DNA of 64,000 nucleotides from Alphaproteobacteria bacterium (lineage in GTDB: Bacteria; Pseudomonadota; Alphaproteobacteria; UBA828): the NCBI GenBank assembly GCA_965237415.1, contig CBDEFM010000002.1:320001-384000 (forward strand), read 5' to 3'. The notes under the pieces are model-generated. The model had not been told where the DNA came from. It made no database searches and saw nothing but the letters and a program-made list of their open reading frames with translations. The translations under genes and the position numbers were made by a program. Positions within the stretch are counted from its first letter, which is position 1. Every line of letters begins with the position of its first letter. Positions 10,033 to 21,948 of this stretch are shown here, one piece after another.

Positions 10033-10743
10033 GTGAAGCGCATCGTCCTGGTGACCCATTCAGAGCGCGCCAATCCCGGCAAGGTGCGCGAGGCGTTGCA
10101 CGCGCGCGGCTGCACGACCGAGGTGTGCTACACGGCCGCCGGCGCGACCCTGCCACCCATGAACGGCGGGCGCCTTCAGGGATACGATGCAGCCGTGGTG
10201 TTCGGCGGCGCGATGAGCGCGCGCGATGTCGACGACCTTCCGTTCCTGCGTGCGGAGACCGCCTGGATCGGCGAGCAGCTCGCGGCCGACGCGCCTATTC
10301 TCGGCATCTGCCTCGGCGCCCAGATCATGGCGCGAGTCCTCGGCGCGCGCGTCTTTCTCCATCCCGACGATCTGTGCGAGGTCGGCTATCAGGCGCTCCA
10401 TCCGGCCCGTCCGGATTGTCCGCTGTTCCCGTCTCCCCTTCACGTCTTTCACTGGCATCGCGAAGGCTTCGACCTGCCGCCGGGGGCGGAGCTGCTGGCG
10501 CGGGGTGTGATCTTCGAGAATCAGGCGTTCAGCCATGGCGCGCGCGCGTTCGGCGTACAGTTCCACCCGGAGATGATGCCGGCAACGCTCGAACGCTGGC
10601 TCAACAACGAGAAGGCCCAAAAATATTTCACGCGGCCGGAGGTTCCGTCCCCCGACCGTCAGCGCGCCGATGCCCCACGCTACGACCCGTTGGTGCACCG
10701 CTGGCTCGACTGCTTCCTCGATCGCTGGCTGGAGCGCTTCTAG
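10033..10743 (+). CDS. Class I glutamine amidotransferase-like protein
   Basis: GICLGAQ and QFHPE catalytic motifs. Confidence 0.9.
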   Translation: MKRIVLVTHSERANPGKVREALHARGCTTEVCYTAAGATLPPMNGGRLQGYDAAVVFGGAMSARDVDDLPFLRAETAWIGEQLAADAPILGICLGAQIMARVLGARVFLHPDDLCEVGYQALHPARPDCPLFPSPLHVFHWHREGFDLPPGAELLARGVIFENQAFSHGARAFGVQFHPEMMPATLERWLNNEKAQKYFTRPEVPSPDRQRADAPRYDPLVHRWLDCFLDRWLERF

Positions 10744-10985
10744 CCCGCATTTCTCACCATGTTCGCGGTCCGATTCCGCGTCCCACCTCGGGCGACATTT
10801 AATTTTCATGCGGGATTCGCCGGGATTAAGTGGGATTAAGTGGGATAAGTGGGATTCCGCGGGACAGGCGGCGGCCATCTTCGACAATGTCGGCTGTGAC
10901 GGCGCGGGCTGCATGCGTCAGCGGCCCGGATGGAGAGCGCCGACTCTTCTTGCCTCCGCCAGCCGCGCCTTGTTCGCTTTAGCGT
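10741..10985. repeat. Composite repeat: TAGCCCGCATTTCTCACCA terminus, GGGATTAAGT tandem array and an ERIC/RPE-like module
   Basis: First 19 nt identical to 34841-34859; six GGG tracts at ~10-bp spacing 10812-10863; minus strand AACAAGGCGCGG...GACGCA module. Confidence 0.6.
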
Positions 10986-11179
10986 TGTGTCGCGCGGATA
11001 CGCGCGCGGCAACAAGATTGGCCACGCGCGTGGGAGCATGATCGGCGCATAGCCGCGATACTGGCGCAGGCCTCGCGCGTTATGCACCCCACCATGGTCC
11101 GGGGCGTCGCTTCGCCTGACTTAACGGAAATGGGGCGGCAAGGGACCGCTGGGCCCCCGCCGCCCCGTCGTCCGCAGTG

Positions 11180-13474
<2,295 letters not shown>

Positions 13475-13476
13475 GA

Positions 13477-13929
13477 TCAGACCTCCTGCGCGGCTGTGCG
13501 GACCGCCGCGAAGATCCGCTGGTAGGTGCCGCAGCGACAGATGTTGCCGGCCATGCCGTCGACGATCTCTTCGTCGCTGGGGTCGGGGTTCTCGTTGAGC
13601 AGCGCCGCCGCCGACATGATCTGCCCGGACTGGCAGTAGCCGCACTGCGGCACGTTGTGCGCACGCCACGCCCGCTGCACGGGGTGGTTGCCGTCTGCGT
13701 CGAGACCCTCAATGGTGGTCACGTCCTTCCCGTCTGCCTCCGATGCCGGGGTGACGCAGGCGCGGACGGCGCTGCCGTCGACGTGCATCGTGCACGCACC
13801 GCAGAGCGCCGCGCCGCAGCCGAACTTGCTCCCTGTCAGCCCGAGCTCGTCCCGGACATACCAGAGAAGTGGCATGTCGGGATCGCCGTGAAACTGGCGG
13901 CTGATCCCGTTGATCTTCATCGAAATCAT
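13477..13929 (-). CDS. iorA: 2Fe-2S subunit (isoquinoline 1-oxidoreductase alpha type)
   Basis: [30 protein letters not shown]. Confidence 0.9.
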   Translation of the reverse strand: MISMKINGISRQFHGDPDMPLLWYVRDELGLTGSKFGCGAALCGACTMHVDGSAVRACVTPASEADGKDVTTIEGLDADGNHPVQRAWRAHNVPQCGYCQSGQIMSAAALLNENPDPSDEEIVDGMAGNICRCGTYQRIFAAVRTAAQEV

Positions 13930-14050
13930 GGACCGTCTCCCATGGTCGCTGGTCCGACCCCGCCGGGTCGTCCGGTTTGAATGTTAGTCGATGCCCGATA
14001 CCGCTTCCAGCGAGATCGGACCGGCCCGCCTGGCACTCAGCCGAATTGGA

Positions 14051-14911
14051 TCAGAGCCCGTAGCGGGACCACCAGAGGCGGGCCTCGATCGCGCCGAGGA
14101 GGTCGCCGGCAAACGAGACGGCATCCTCCTCACCGCCGCCTGCGAGGAGGATGCCGGGGCCCAGTCGGCGCGCGAGCCAGCCTCGGCGGCGGCCGATCCG
14201 GCGCATGGCCACCTTGCGCCCGTAGCGTTCGCGCAGCACGGTTCGGATATCGCCGGTGCCGTCCGCGAGCCCCAGCCCGATTGCCTTGCGGCCCAGCCAG
14301 AACTCGCCGCTGAAGAGATCGGGATCGCTCTCGCCCAGCCGGGCGCCCCGCCGCTCGCGGATCAGATCCTTGAAGTTGTCGTGGATGCCCTCCTGAACCC
14401 GGTGCAGGCGATCGAGGTCATCGGGGTTCACGGCGAGGAACGGATCCAGCAGCGATTTCTTCTCGCCGGCGGTATAGAGCCGCCGCTCGACGCCGAGCTT
14501 CGCAAGAGCCTCCTGAAAGCCGAAGCCGGAATAGATCACGCCGATACTGCCCACGATGGAATTGTCGTCCACGAAGATCTCGTCCGCCGCCGCCGCGAGC
14601 CAATACCCGCCGGACGCGGCGACATCCTCGATGAACGCCATCACCGGCACGTCGCGCTCGGCGGCGAGCGCGCGAATGCGGTTGTGAATCAGCGCCGACT
14701 GTGTTGCGGAGCCCCCCGGCGAGTTGATCTCGAGCGCCACGGCCTTCAGCCCCGGCTGGCGGAAGGCCCGTAGCAGTAAGGGGCCGACGGTCTCCAGGTT
14801 GATGCGCGGGCCGAACGTGCCGGACCGCCCGATTAAGCCGGCAAGGCGTACGACCGCGACTACCGGCGGCGGTCGCCGAAAGGTCACACGCATCAGCACG
14901 CGGCTCAGCAC
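14051..14911 (-). CDS. S49 family peptidase (SppA/SohB-like)
   Basis: INSPGGS, AASGGYW, SIVGSIGV. Confidence 0.9.
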   Translation of the reverse strand: MLSRVLMRVTFRRPPPVVAVVRLAGLIGRSGTFGPRINLETVGPLLLRAFRQPGLKAVALEINSPGGSATQSALIHNRIRALAAERDVPVMAFIEDVAASGGYWLAAAADEIFVDDNSIVGSIGVIYSGFGFQEALAKLGVERRLYTAGEKKSLLDPFLAVNPDDLDRLHRVQEGIHDNFKDLIRERRGARLGESDPDLFSGEFWLGRKAIGLGLADGTGDIRTVLRERYGRKVAMRRIGRRRGWLARRLGPGILLAGGGEEDAVSFAGDLLGAIEARLWWSRYGL

Positions 14912-15699
14912 TCCGGATCCTCCATGAGTGCAAGCGCGCCGCCGCCGCGCAAGACGCGGTCCGCCGTGTGGGCGTAGGTGCCGTCGGCGTCGTGCAGGAT
15001 CATGCCGCTCGCCAGCTGCAGGGGTCCGCCATGCTCGGCGGTCGCCTGCACGATGATGCGATTCGCGGTCTTCTTGGCGCGCGTCCCGCTGAACGGATTA
15101 TGAGACCAAAGCGGATAGACGACGATGGCGCCGGCGCGGGCTTGAGACAGGCTGCCGAGAATCTGGGCCAGACGCTCCGGCCGATGGATGACGGTGATCG
15201 AACCGCCCGGGCGGACCATCCTGGCGCAGAATTCGAGCCATACTTCCAGTCCGGCCGCGCCCTCCATCGTTGCCTGCGCACGGGTGCGGGAGGCCGGCGA
15301 TTGGTGCGAGCCATCCTCGAAGAAGGGCGGGTTCGCGAAGACATGATCGAAGCTCTTCGGCGACAGTTTCGGCGGCGGCCGCTTGAAATCGCTCACCAGG
15401 ATGTCGAGGCGCTTCTCGAGTCCGTTGAGCTCGGCGTTCTCCTTGGCGAGCTGCGCGAAGGAGCGGTCCACCTCGATCCCGGTGACGTGCAGGCCGGTCA
15501 CACGGCTGGCCAGGCAGAGCGCCCCTGCGCCAACGCCGCAGCCGACATCGAGGGCACGCTCGCCGTCCGACGCCGGCACCGCAGCGGCCAGCAGGACCGG
15601 ATCGATGGCGACCCGATAGCCCGCCGCCGGCTGCTGCAGCGCGACCCTGCCGCCGAGCAACGTGTCGCTCGTCACCCGCGCGGATTCGATCTCAGTCAT
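14905..15699 (-). CDS. trmN6: tRNA1(Val) A37 N6-methyltransferase-like
   Basis: GYRVAIDPVLLAA, LDVGCGVGA, ANPPFF. Confidence 0.8.
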   Translation of the reverse strand: MTEIESARVTSDTLLGGRVALQQPAAGYRVAIDPVLLAAAVPASDGERALDVGCGVGAGALCLASRVTGLHVTGIEVDRSFAQLAKENAELNGLEKRLDILVSDFKRPPPKLSPKSFDHVFANPPFFEDGSHQSPASRTRAQATMEGAAGLEVWLEFCARMVRPGGSITVIHRPERLAQILGSLSQARAGAIVVYPLWSHNPFSGTRAKKTANRIIVQATAEHGGPLQLASGMILHDADGTYAHTADRVLRGGGALALMEDPEC

Positions 15700-15904
15700 C
15701 GAGCTCGCCCACCTCGCGCAAAATACGCCGCGCCGCGTCTGCGTCCTCGTCGCTGACCATGAGGCGGCGCGGAATCGCCCCGGCGCTCCCCTCCAGCACA
15801 CTCATGTGCTGATCGAGCACGATGGGCTCGATGCCGCCGTCCCTCAACACCGCGCCGAGGAACGAAAGCTTGACCAGATCGTTCGTGCGCAGGAGCTCGA
15901 CCAT
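15692..15904 (-). CDS. DUF2007 family small protein
   Basis: ELLRTND...DQHMSVLEGS-x-GAIPRR; usual position between ispB and trmN6. Confidence 0.85.
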   Translation of the reverse strand: MVELLRTNDLVKLSFLGAVLRDGGIEPIVLDQHMSVLEGSAGAIPRRLMVSDEDADAARRILREVGELDD

Positions 15905-15962
15905 CGTTTCCCGATCCCCATGGTCGGTCGACTCGTTCCGTGTCGAGCCGCACGCCAAATGT

Positions 15963-16231
15963 TAGCCCGGTATTCTCACCAATGTCATAGTCTGCGCGAC
16001 GCTGTCCGGCCGACAGAGTAGGAACGGCGCGCAGCGCGATGCGGGGCATCGGGCAAGTGCCGTGACGCACGCTGTCGGCCGGAGGGCGTCGCCCTTCGGG
16101 TCGCGCCCAGGCGCCCGCCCGCGGCGTCGCGAGCCTCAACCGTAGCTCCAGCTACGCTTTTCGGCTCGCTCCTGGCGGATCGAACGCCTGGGCGCGACGC
16201 AGGCTGTGACATTGGTGAGAACTCCGGGCTA
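15963..16231. mobile_element. TA-flanked structured MITE-like repeat (ERIC/RPE-like), complete copy
   Basis: 34-bp TIR with 4 mismatches (15963-15996 and 16198-16231); homologous copy at 34841-35111. Confidence 0.85.
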
Positions 16232-16296
16232 GTGTAGAGGCGGCGTCGCTGCGCATGGATGCCCTTGCGCGCGCGCGCCGTCAAGCGAGAGGGTCG

Positions 16297-17334
16297 ATGG
16301 CAGAAACGGTCGTTCCGTTCGAAGGGCGGGCCGCCGCACGGCGCAAGGCGGCGGGCGGCGCCTCGCTGGATCGGCTTCACGGTCTGGTCGCGGAGGATTT
16401 GCGCGCCGTCAACGGCGTCATTCTCGACAACATGCAAAGCTCGGTGATGCTCATTTCCGAGCTCGCCGCACACATTGTCGCGGCCGGCGGCAAGCGCCTC
16501 AGGCCGATGCTGACACTCGGTTCCGCCCGGCTCTGCGGCTACACCGGCAAGCGCCACATCGACCTCGCCGCCTGTGTCGAGTTCATCCATACCGCGACGC
16601 TGCTCCACGACGATGTCGTCGACGACAGTGCGCTCAGGCGAGGCACGGCGACGGCGAACGCGGTCTGGGGCAACAAGCCGAGTGTGCTCGTCGGCGACTT
16701 TCTATTCAGCCGCGCGTTTCAACTTTCCGTGGCGGACGGCTCGCTCCGCGTTCTCGGCATCCTCGCCGATACCGCCGCGACCCTCGCCGAGGGCGAGGTC
16801 ATGCAGCTCACCACCTCCAACGACACCGAGACGAGCGAGGCCGCCTATCTCAACGTGATTACCGCGAAGACTGCGGCGCTCTTCGCCGCCGCTTGCCAGC
16901 TCGGCGCGGTGGTGGCCGAGCGCCCCGCCGCCGAGGAGGAAGCGCTGAAGAGCCTCGGCCTCAACCTCGGCATCGCCTATCAGCTGGTGGATGATGCCCT
17001 GGATTACGACGCCCGCGAGTCGGTCCTGGGCAAGTCGGTCGGCGACGACTTCCGCGACGGCAAGATCACCCTGCCCGTGGTTCTGGCGTTTCGCCGGGGC
17101 GACGAAGAGGAGCGCGCCTTCTGGCGCCGGACCATGGAGGAGGAGCAGCAGGAGGACGGCGACTTCGCGCGAGCGATGACCCTCCTCACACGCCACTGTG
17201 CGATCGACGACACGGTCGAGCGGGCCCGCCACTACAGCGCGATGGCGCGGGATGCGCTCGGCCTCTTCCCGGCGTCCGAGGCGAAAGACGCGTTTCTCGG
17301 CGTGGTCGACTTCTGCACCCACCGGGTGCACTGA
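16297..17334 (+). CDS. ispB: Octaprenyl/decaprenyl diphosphate synthase
   Basis: GGKRLRP, HDDVVD, QLVDDALD, GDDFRDGKITLP. Confidence 0.95.
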   Translation: MAETVVPFEGRAAARRKAAGGASLDRLHGLVAEDLRAVNGVILDNMQSSVMLISELAAHIVAAGGKRLRPMLTLGSARLCGYTGKRHIDLAACVEFIHTATLLHDDVVDDSALRRGTATANAVWGNKPSVLVGDFLFSRAFQLSVADGSLRVLGILADTAATLAEGEVMQLTTSNDTETSEAAYLNVITAKTAALFAAACQLGAVVAERPAAEEEALKSLGLNLGIAYQLVDDALDYDARESVLGKSVGDDFRDGKITLPVVLAFRRGDEEERAFWRRTMEEEQQEDGDFARAMTLLTRHCAIDDTVERARHYSAMARDALGLFPASEAKDAFLGVVDFCTHRVH

Positions 17335-17362
17335 CGACCGGTCCCGCCGGGGTGCGCCGGGG

Positions 17363-17881
17363 TTAGCTCAGTTCCTTCGCCATCCTAAAGTCGACGAGGC
17401 GGGCGCTTTCGGCCCTGAACGCGGCCCAGCTATCGATGCCGGTCTCGAATATGGCAAGCGCTGCCGTCGGGAAACGCGTGGAGAGCCGCGCGAAGGCCGG
17501 CCCCGGTCCGCGCCGGCCGAGCGCGAGGGCGAGCGCGTGCAGGCCGGGATTGTGGCCGATGACGAGGACGCCGGCCTCGCTGCCGCCGGCCTCGGCCACG
17601 GCATAAAGCAAACCCTCCGGGCTCCCCATGTAAATGCTGTCGGTCACCCGTTGCGGCAGGCTCTCACCGAAGCCTTCGCAGAACGACTCGCAGGTCTCCA
17701 TGGTGCGCCGCGCGGGAGAGCAGATAATCAGCGTCGGCGGCTGGGTCTGATCGCGACAGAAGGCGCCCATGCGCCGGCTTTCTCGCCGTCCCCGTGCAAC
17801 GAGCGAGCGCTCGCGGTCGCCGCCGCCGGGCGGCATGCCGGCCTCGGCCTTGCCGTGGCGCATCAGGTAGAGCCGCCGCAC
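17363..17881 (-). CDS. sixA: Phosphohistidine phosphatase SixA
   Basis: LMRHGKA, SPARRT, GHNPG, FPTA. Confidence 0.88.
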   Translation of the reverse strand: MRRLYLMRHGKAEAGMPPGGGDRERSLVARGRRESRRMGAFCRDQTQPPTLIICSPARRTMETCESFCEGFGESLPQRVTDSIYMGSPEGLLYAVAEAGGSEAGVLVIGHNPGLHALALALGRRGPGPAFARLSTRFPTAALAIFETGIDSWAAFRAESARLVDFRMAKELS

Positions 17882-17982
17882 CCTGCCTCCTCGGCTGCGC
17901 TCGCCCGTCCGGCGTTATTCGCCGTTTGCATTCGTCGTGGGGCACGACCAGAATCGCGCGCCATTTCCACGATTGGGAGATC

Positions 17983-19626
17983 ATGATGGGCGGGAAGCGC
18001 GCCGACAAGAGCCCGGAGGAGGCAGGACTCGAGCGCAACGACGCGAACTACGTTCCTCTGACCCCGCTCTCGTTCCTGCGCCGCGCCGCGGCGGTATTTC
18101 CCGAGCGGACGGCATGGATCCACGGCAGCCGCCGCGCGAGCTATGCCGAATTCTACGAGCGCAGCCGGCGCCTCGCCTCGGCGCTGGCCAAGCGCGGCAT
18201 CGCCAAGGGCGACACCGTGGCAATTATATCTCCCAACACCCCGGCGATGCTGGAGGCGCACCACGGCGTTCCCATGTGCGGCGCCGTCCTCAACGCCCTC
18301 AATTATCGGCTCGACGCCGCGTCGTTGGCCTTCATCCTCGACCATGCCGGCGCCAAGGTGCTGCTCACCGACCGGTCGTTCTCGCCGGCGATCGTAGACG
18401 CGCTCTCGCAGGCGAAGGTGACGCCGCTCGTCATCGACATCGACGATACGCCGGAGGAAGGCGGCGATCTGATCGGCACGATCGAGTACGAGGCGCTGCT
18501 GGCCGACGGCGACCCCGACTACGACTGGCCCTGGCCCGAGGACGAGTGGGACGCGATCTCGCTCAACTACACCTCCGGCACCACGGGCAATCCCAAGGGC
18601 GTCCTCTACCACCACCGCGGCGCGTACCTGAATTCGCTGGGCGACGGCATTACCTGGGCCATGCCTCACGGGCCGGTCTATCTCTGGACCCTGCCCATGT
18701 TCCATTGCAACGGCTGGTGCTTCACGTGGGCAATCAGTGCCTACGCGGGGACCCATGTTTGCCTGCGCAAGGTCGAGGCCGGGCCTGTCTTTCAGGCAAT
18801 CGCGGAGCACAAGGTCACGCATTTCTGCGGGGCACCCATCGTCCTCAACCTTCTCAACAACGCGAGCGCCGACGAACGCGTTGCCTTCGACCACCAGGTC
18901 GAGGTGATGACCGCCGCAGCCCCGCCGCCCGCCGCCGTCATCGCGCGGATGGAGCAGGCCGGCTTCCGCGTCACCCACGTCTACGGGCTCACCGAGGTCT
19001 ATGGGCCGGTCACCGTGTGCGACTGGCACGACGAGTGGAATGCGCTGCCGCTCGACGAGCAGGCGACGCTCAAGGCGCGCCAGGGTGTCGCCTACGCCAC
19101 CCTGGACGGGCTGATGGTGGCCGACTCCAAGACACTCGAGCCGGTGCCGGCGGATGGCGAGACCATGGGCGAGGTCTTCATGCGCGGCAACACGGTGATG
19201 AAGGGCTATCTCCACAATCCGCAGGCGACGGAGGAGGCCTTCGCCGGCGGCTGGTTCCACACGGGCGACCTCGGCGTCGTCCACGCCGACGGCTACATTG
19301 AGCTCAAGGACCGCGCCAAAGACATCATCATCTCGGGCGGCGAGAACATTTCCACCATCGAGGTCGAAGGCGCGCTCTACCGCCACCCGGCGGTGCTGGA
19401 GGCAGCCGTTGTCGCGCGGCCCGACGAGACCTGGGGCGAGACTCCCTGCGCCTTCGTCACGCTGAAAGATGGCCAAGAGATCGACGAGGCCGCGCTGATC
19501 GACTTCTGCCGCGGCGAGCTCGCTCACTTCAAGTGCCCCAGGACCGTGGTGTTCGGCGCGCTGCCCAAGACCTCGACCGGCAAGGTCCGCAAGTACGTTC
19601 TCAGGGAGCGCGCCGCCGCGCTCTAG
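17983..19626 (+). CDS. Acyl-CoA synthetase (AMP-binding)
   Basis: YTSGTTGNPKG, YGLTE, GWFHTGD, DIIISGGENIS, PKTSTGK. Confidence 0.93.
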   Translation: MMGGKRADKSPEEAGLERNDANYVPLTPLSFLRRAAAVFPERTAWIHGSRRASYAEFYERSRRLASALAKRGIAKGDTVAIISPNTPAMLEAHHGVPMCGAVLNALNYRLDAASLAFILDHAGAKVLLTDRSFSPAIVDALSQAKVTPLVIDIDDTPEEGGDLIGTIEYEALLADGDPDYDWPWPEDEWDAISLNYTSGTTGNPKGVLYHHRGAYLNSLGDGITWAMPHGPVYLWTLPMFHCNGWCFTWAISAYAGTHVCLRKVEAGPVFQAIAEHKVTHFCGAPIVLNLLNNASADERVAFDHQVEVMTAAAPPPAAVIARMEQAGFRVTHVYGLTEVYGPVTVCDWHDEWNALPLDEQATLKARQGVAYATLDGLMVADSKTLEPVPADGETMGEVFMRGNTVMKGYLHNPQATEEAFAGGWFHTGDLGVVHADGYIELKDRAKDIIISGGENISTIEVEGALYRHPAVLEAAVVARPDETWGETPCAFVTLKDGQEIDEAALIDFCRGELAHFKCPRTVVFGALPKTSTGKVRKYVLRERAAAL

Positions 19627-19649
19627 AGCGGAGTCCTATGAACGGAACG

Positions 19650-20970
19650 TGTGCAACCGGAAGCATAGGTAACGCTATGGACCGGTTACATGGGTAACAG
19701 TGTTCGTCGTTTGTTTGGCTTCCGCGCGGCCCGGCCGGGCCGCGCGGAAGCCATGAAGTTTTTTCGTCCGGCGATCGATGATGCCGAGGTCGATGTCGGC
19801 GAAGCGAACGATCCAGTCGCCGCTGTCGGTCTCGGCGATGCCGACGGGTTCGCCCTTCAGCGTCTCGCTGATGAAGACCAGGTCGCCGCCCCACTTGATG
19901 GACCCGTCGGTGCGCACCCGGCGCATGGCGTGCCAGGCATCGTACCAGGGCTCGTCCAGGCGTTCGGGGTAAGGCCGCAGCGAGGGCCGGTAGAACGCCG
20001 CAGGCGGCTGCTGGCCAAGCGCCTCGTGGGGACGGTTGTCGTTGAAGTCCTGGCGGAAGCGGTCGAAGCGGACCTGCTGCTGGCCCGCACTCGCGGCCGG
20101 CGGTTTGGCCGTCTCGGCCTTCAAGGTCCGATGCATGCGCTCGTGCCGTCCGTTCTGCTGGGGCTGGCCCGGCTCGATGCGCTCCAACGCGATGCCGGCC
20201 TTGATCCAGCCGACCGACAGACGAGACAGTCCGCCCGCGCCCGTTCCGGCGAACGGTGCCCCGTTGTCCGAGCGGATGGCCAGAGGCAGGCCGTAGCGCT
20301 TGAAGAGCTGCTCGACCGCCACACGGACCGTGTCGGTCCGGGGCGGGACGATGACACAGGCCAGAAGGAAACGGCTGTAAGCGTCGCTGACGGTCAGCGG
20401 GTCGCAGCGTTCGCCGTCGCGGGTGCGGAACCAACCCTTGAAGTCGATGCACCACACATCGTTGGGTGCGGTGACGGCACGGAACGGCCGACCAGGCGCA
20501 GCTACCCGACGACGCCGGCGGCGGGCGCTCACCAGCCCTTCCGCACGCAGCAGATCGCCCATCGTGCTGGCCGCAGGCCACACCGCCTCGGGGCGCTCTC
20601 CCATCAGCACTGCGCGCAGCTTGCGCGGACCCCAATGGGGACGCTGCCTGCGCAGAGCAACAATCGCTTCGGCCATCTCCGGCGCCATCGACCGACCATG
20701 ACGGTGCGGCGCACGAGAGCGCTCCACCAGGCCCTCCGGGCCGTGCTCGCGATAGCGACCGAGCCATTTGTAGCCCGTCTTGCGGCTGATGCCGTAGTCC
20801 TCGCAAAGCGCTGTCATCGGCAACTCGCCACGCAGACAGTCTGCGACAAAAACCAACTTCTCCTCCATGCGACAGGTCTCCTTCCACGGCATCGGCCACC
20901 TCCTGGCCCTGCCATAACCTGTCACCCATCTATCCGGTCCATTCTGTTACCTATCTATCCGGTCTGTACC
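19650..20970 (-). mobile_element. IS481-family insertion sequence
   Basis: Imperfect TIRs TGTGCAACCGGAAGCATAGGTAAC and GGTACAGACCGGATAGATAGGTAAC, each with a second internal repeat; no clear TSD. Confidence 0.85.
19675..20892 (-). CDS. IS481-family transposase
   Basis: MPWKE start, HTH, WCIDFKG, IRSDNG, QNGRHERMHRTLK (DDE). Confidence 0.92.
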   Translation of the reverse strand: MPWKETCRMEEKLVFVADCLRGELPMTALCEDYGISRKTGYKWLGRYREHGPEGLVERSRAPHRHGRSMAPEMAEAIVALRRQRPHWGPRKLRAVLMGERPEAVWPAASTMGDLLRAEGLVSARRRRRRVAAPGRPFRAVTAPNDVWCIDFKGWFRTRDGERCDPLTVSDAYSRFLLACVIVPPRTDTVRVAVEQLFKRYGLPLAIRSDNGAPFAGTGAGGLSRLSVGWIKAGIALERIEPGQPQQNGRHERMHRTLKAETAKPPAASAGQQQVRFDRFRQDFNDNRPHEALGQQPPAAFYRPSLRPYPERLDEPWYDAWHAMRRVRTDGSIKWGGDLVFISETLKGEPVGIAETDSGDWIVRFADIDLGIIDRRTKKLHGFRAARPGRAEAKQTTNTVTHVTGP

Positions 20971-20991
20971 ACGGGCACCCACCTCCCCCTG

Positions 20992-21021
20992 TCCCCCTCC
21001 GCCCTCAAGGGCAGAGGGGGA
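20992..21021. repeat. REP-like palindrome
   Basis: TCCCCCTCCGCCCT-CAA-GGGCAGAGGGGGA hairpin. Confidence 0.45.
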
Positions 21022-21150
21022 ACGCAGGCGGCGGCAGAGGTGTGGGTCATGGGGAGGCCGGGCCGCACAGCGGGCCGGAGCGCGCGACCGCGCGCCGCGC
21101 CGAAGGCGCGTAGCCAAGCGAGCGGAGCGAGCGCCCGGCGATTGAGGGAA

Positions 21151-21942
21151 GTGATCGAGTCGAGGGTCGGGGTGAGGTGGGGGCGTTTTCTGCTTTCGGT
21201 GTCCGGCCTGGCCGGTTTCGCCCTATGTGCGGTTCTGCTTGCCGGCCTATTGCTCGCCACCAGCTCCACCGCCGCTGACGATCCGTTCGCCGAGGAGCGG
21301 GCCGCCATGGTGCGTGCCGTTGCCGAGACCACGGATGAGACCGCCGAGTGGATCGGCAAGACGGAGCTGTCACCCGGGGTGATGGAGGCGATGGGCCGCG
21401 TGCCGCGCCATCTCTTCGTGCCGCCGGATTTGCAGGACATGGCGTACTTGAACAGGCCGCTCCCCATCGGCTACGGGCAGACCATCTCACAGCCCTACAT
21501 CGTCGCGTTGATGACCGATCTGCTGGCGCCGGAGCGCGACGACGTCGCCTTCGAGCTCGGCACCGGGTCGAGCTATCAGGCGGCGGTGCTCGCCGAGCTG
21601 GTGGCCGAGGTCTACACGGTCGAGATCGTGCCGCCTCTCGCTGCGAGTGCCGCAGAGCGGCTCGAGACGCTCGGCTACGACAACGTGACCGTGCGGGCAG
21701 GCGACGGCTACCACGGCTGGCCGGAGCACGCGCCCTTCGACATCGTCGTGGTGACCGCTGCGGCGAGCCACGTGCCGCCGCCGCTCATCGCTCAGCTCAA
21801 GCCCGGCGGGCGCATGGTGATCCCGGTGGGCAGTCCCTTCCTCACCCAGCACCTTCTGCTGGTCGAGAAGGGGGAAGACGGCACCGTCACGAGCCGCCAA
21901 ATTCTGCCGGTCATTTTCGTTCCGCTGACCGGCGGGCACTGA
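21151..21942 (+). CDS. pcm: Protein-L-isoaspartate O-methyltransferase with N-terminal signal peptide (start uncertain)
   Basis: VPRHLFV, PLPIGYGQTISQPYIV, ELGTGSSYQAA, GDGYHGWPEHAPFD; hydrophobic leader ending TAA-DD. Confidence 0.9.
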   Translation: MIESRVGVRWGRFLLSVSGLAGFALCAVLLAGLLLATSSTAADDPFAEERAAMVRAVAETTDETAEWIGKTELSPGVMEAMGRVPRHLFVPPDLQDMAYLNRPLPIGYGQTISQPYIVALMTDLLAPERDDVAFELGTGSSYQAAVLAELVAEVYTVEIVPPLAASAAERLETLGYDNVTVRAGDGYHGWPEHAPFDIVVVTAAASHVPPPLIAQLKPGGRMVIPVGSPFLTQHLLLVEKGEDGTVTSRQILPVIFVPLTGGH

Positions 21943-21948
21943 CGGACG

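Noticed and set aside
10810-10865. CRISPR array
   Set aside because: Units are 9-10 bp with no spacers, and there are no cas genes.
19690-21942. 750-aa transposase-Pcm fusion in the ORF track
   Set aside because: The N-terminal part is the antisense frame of the IS481 transposase; only the 3' part is pcm.
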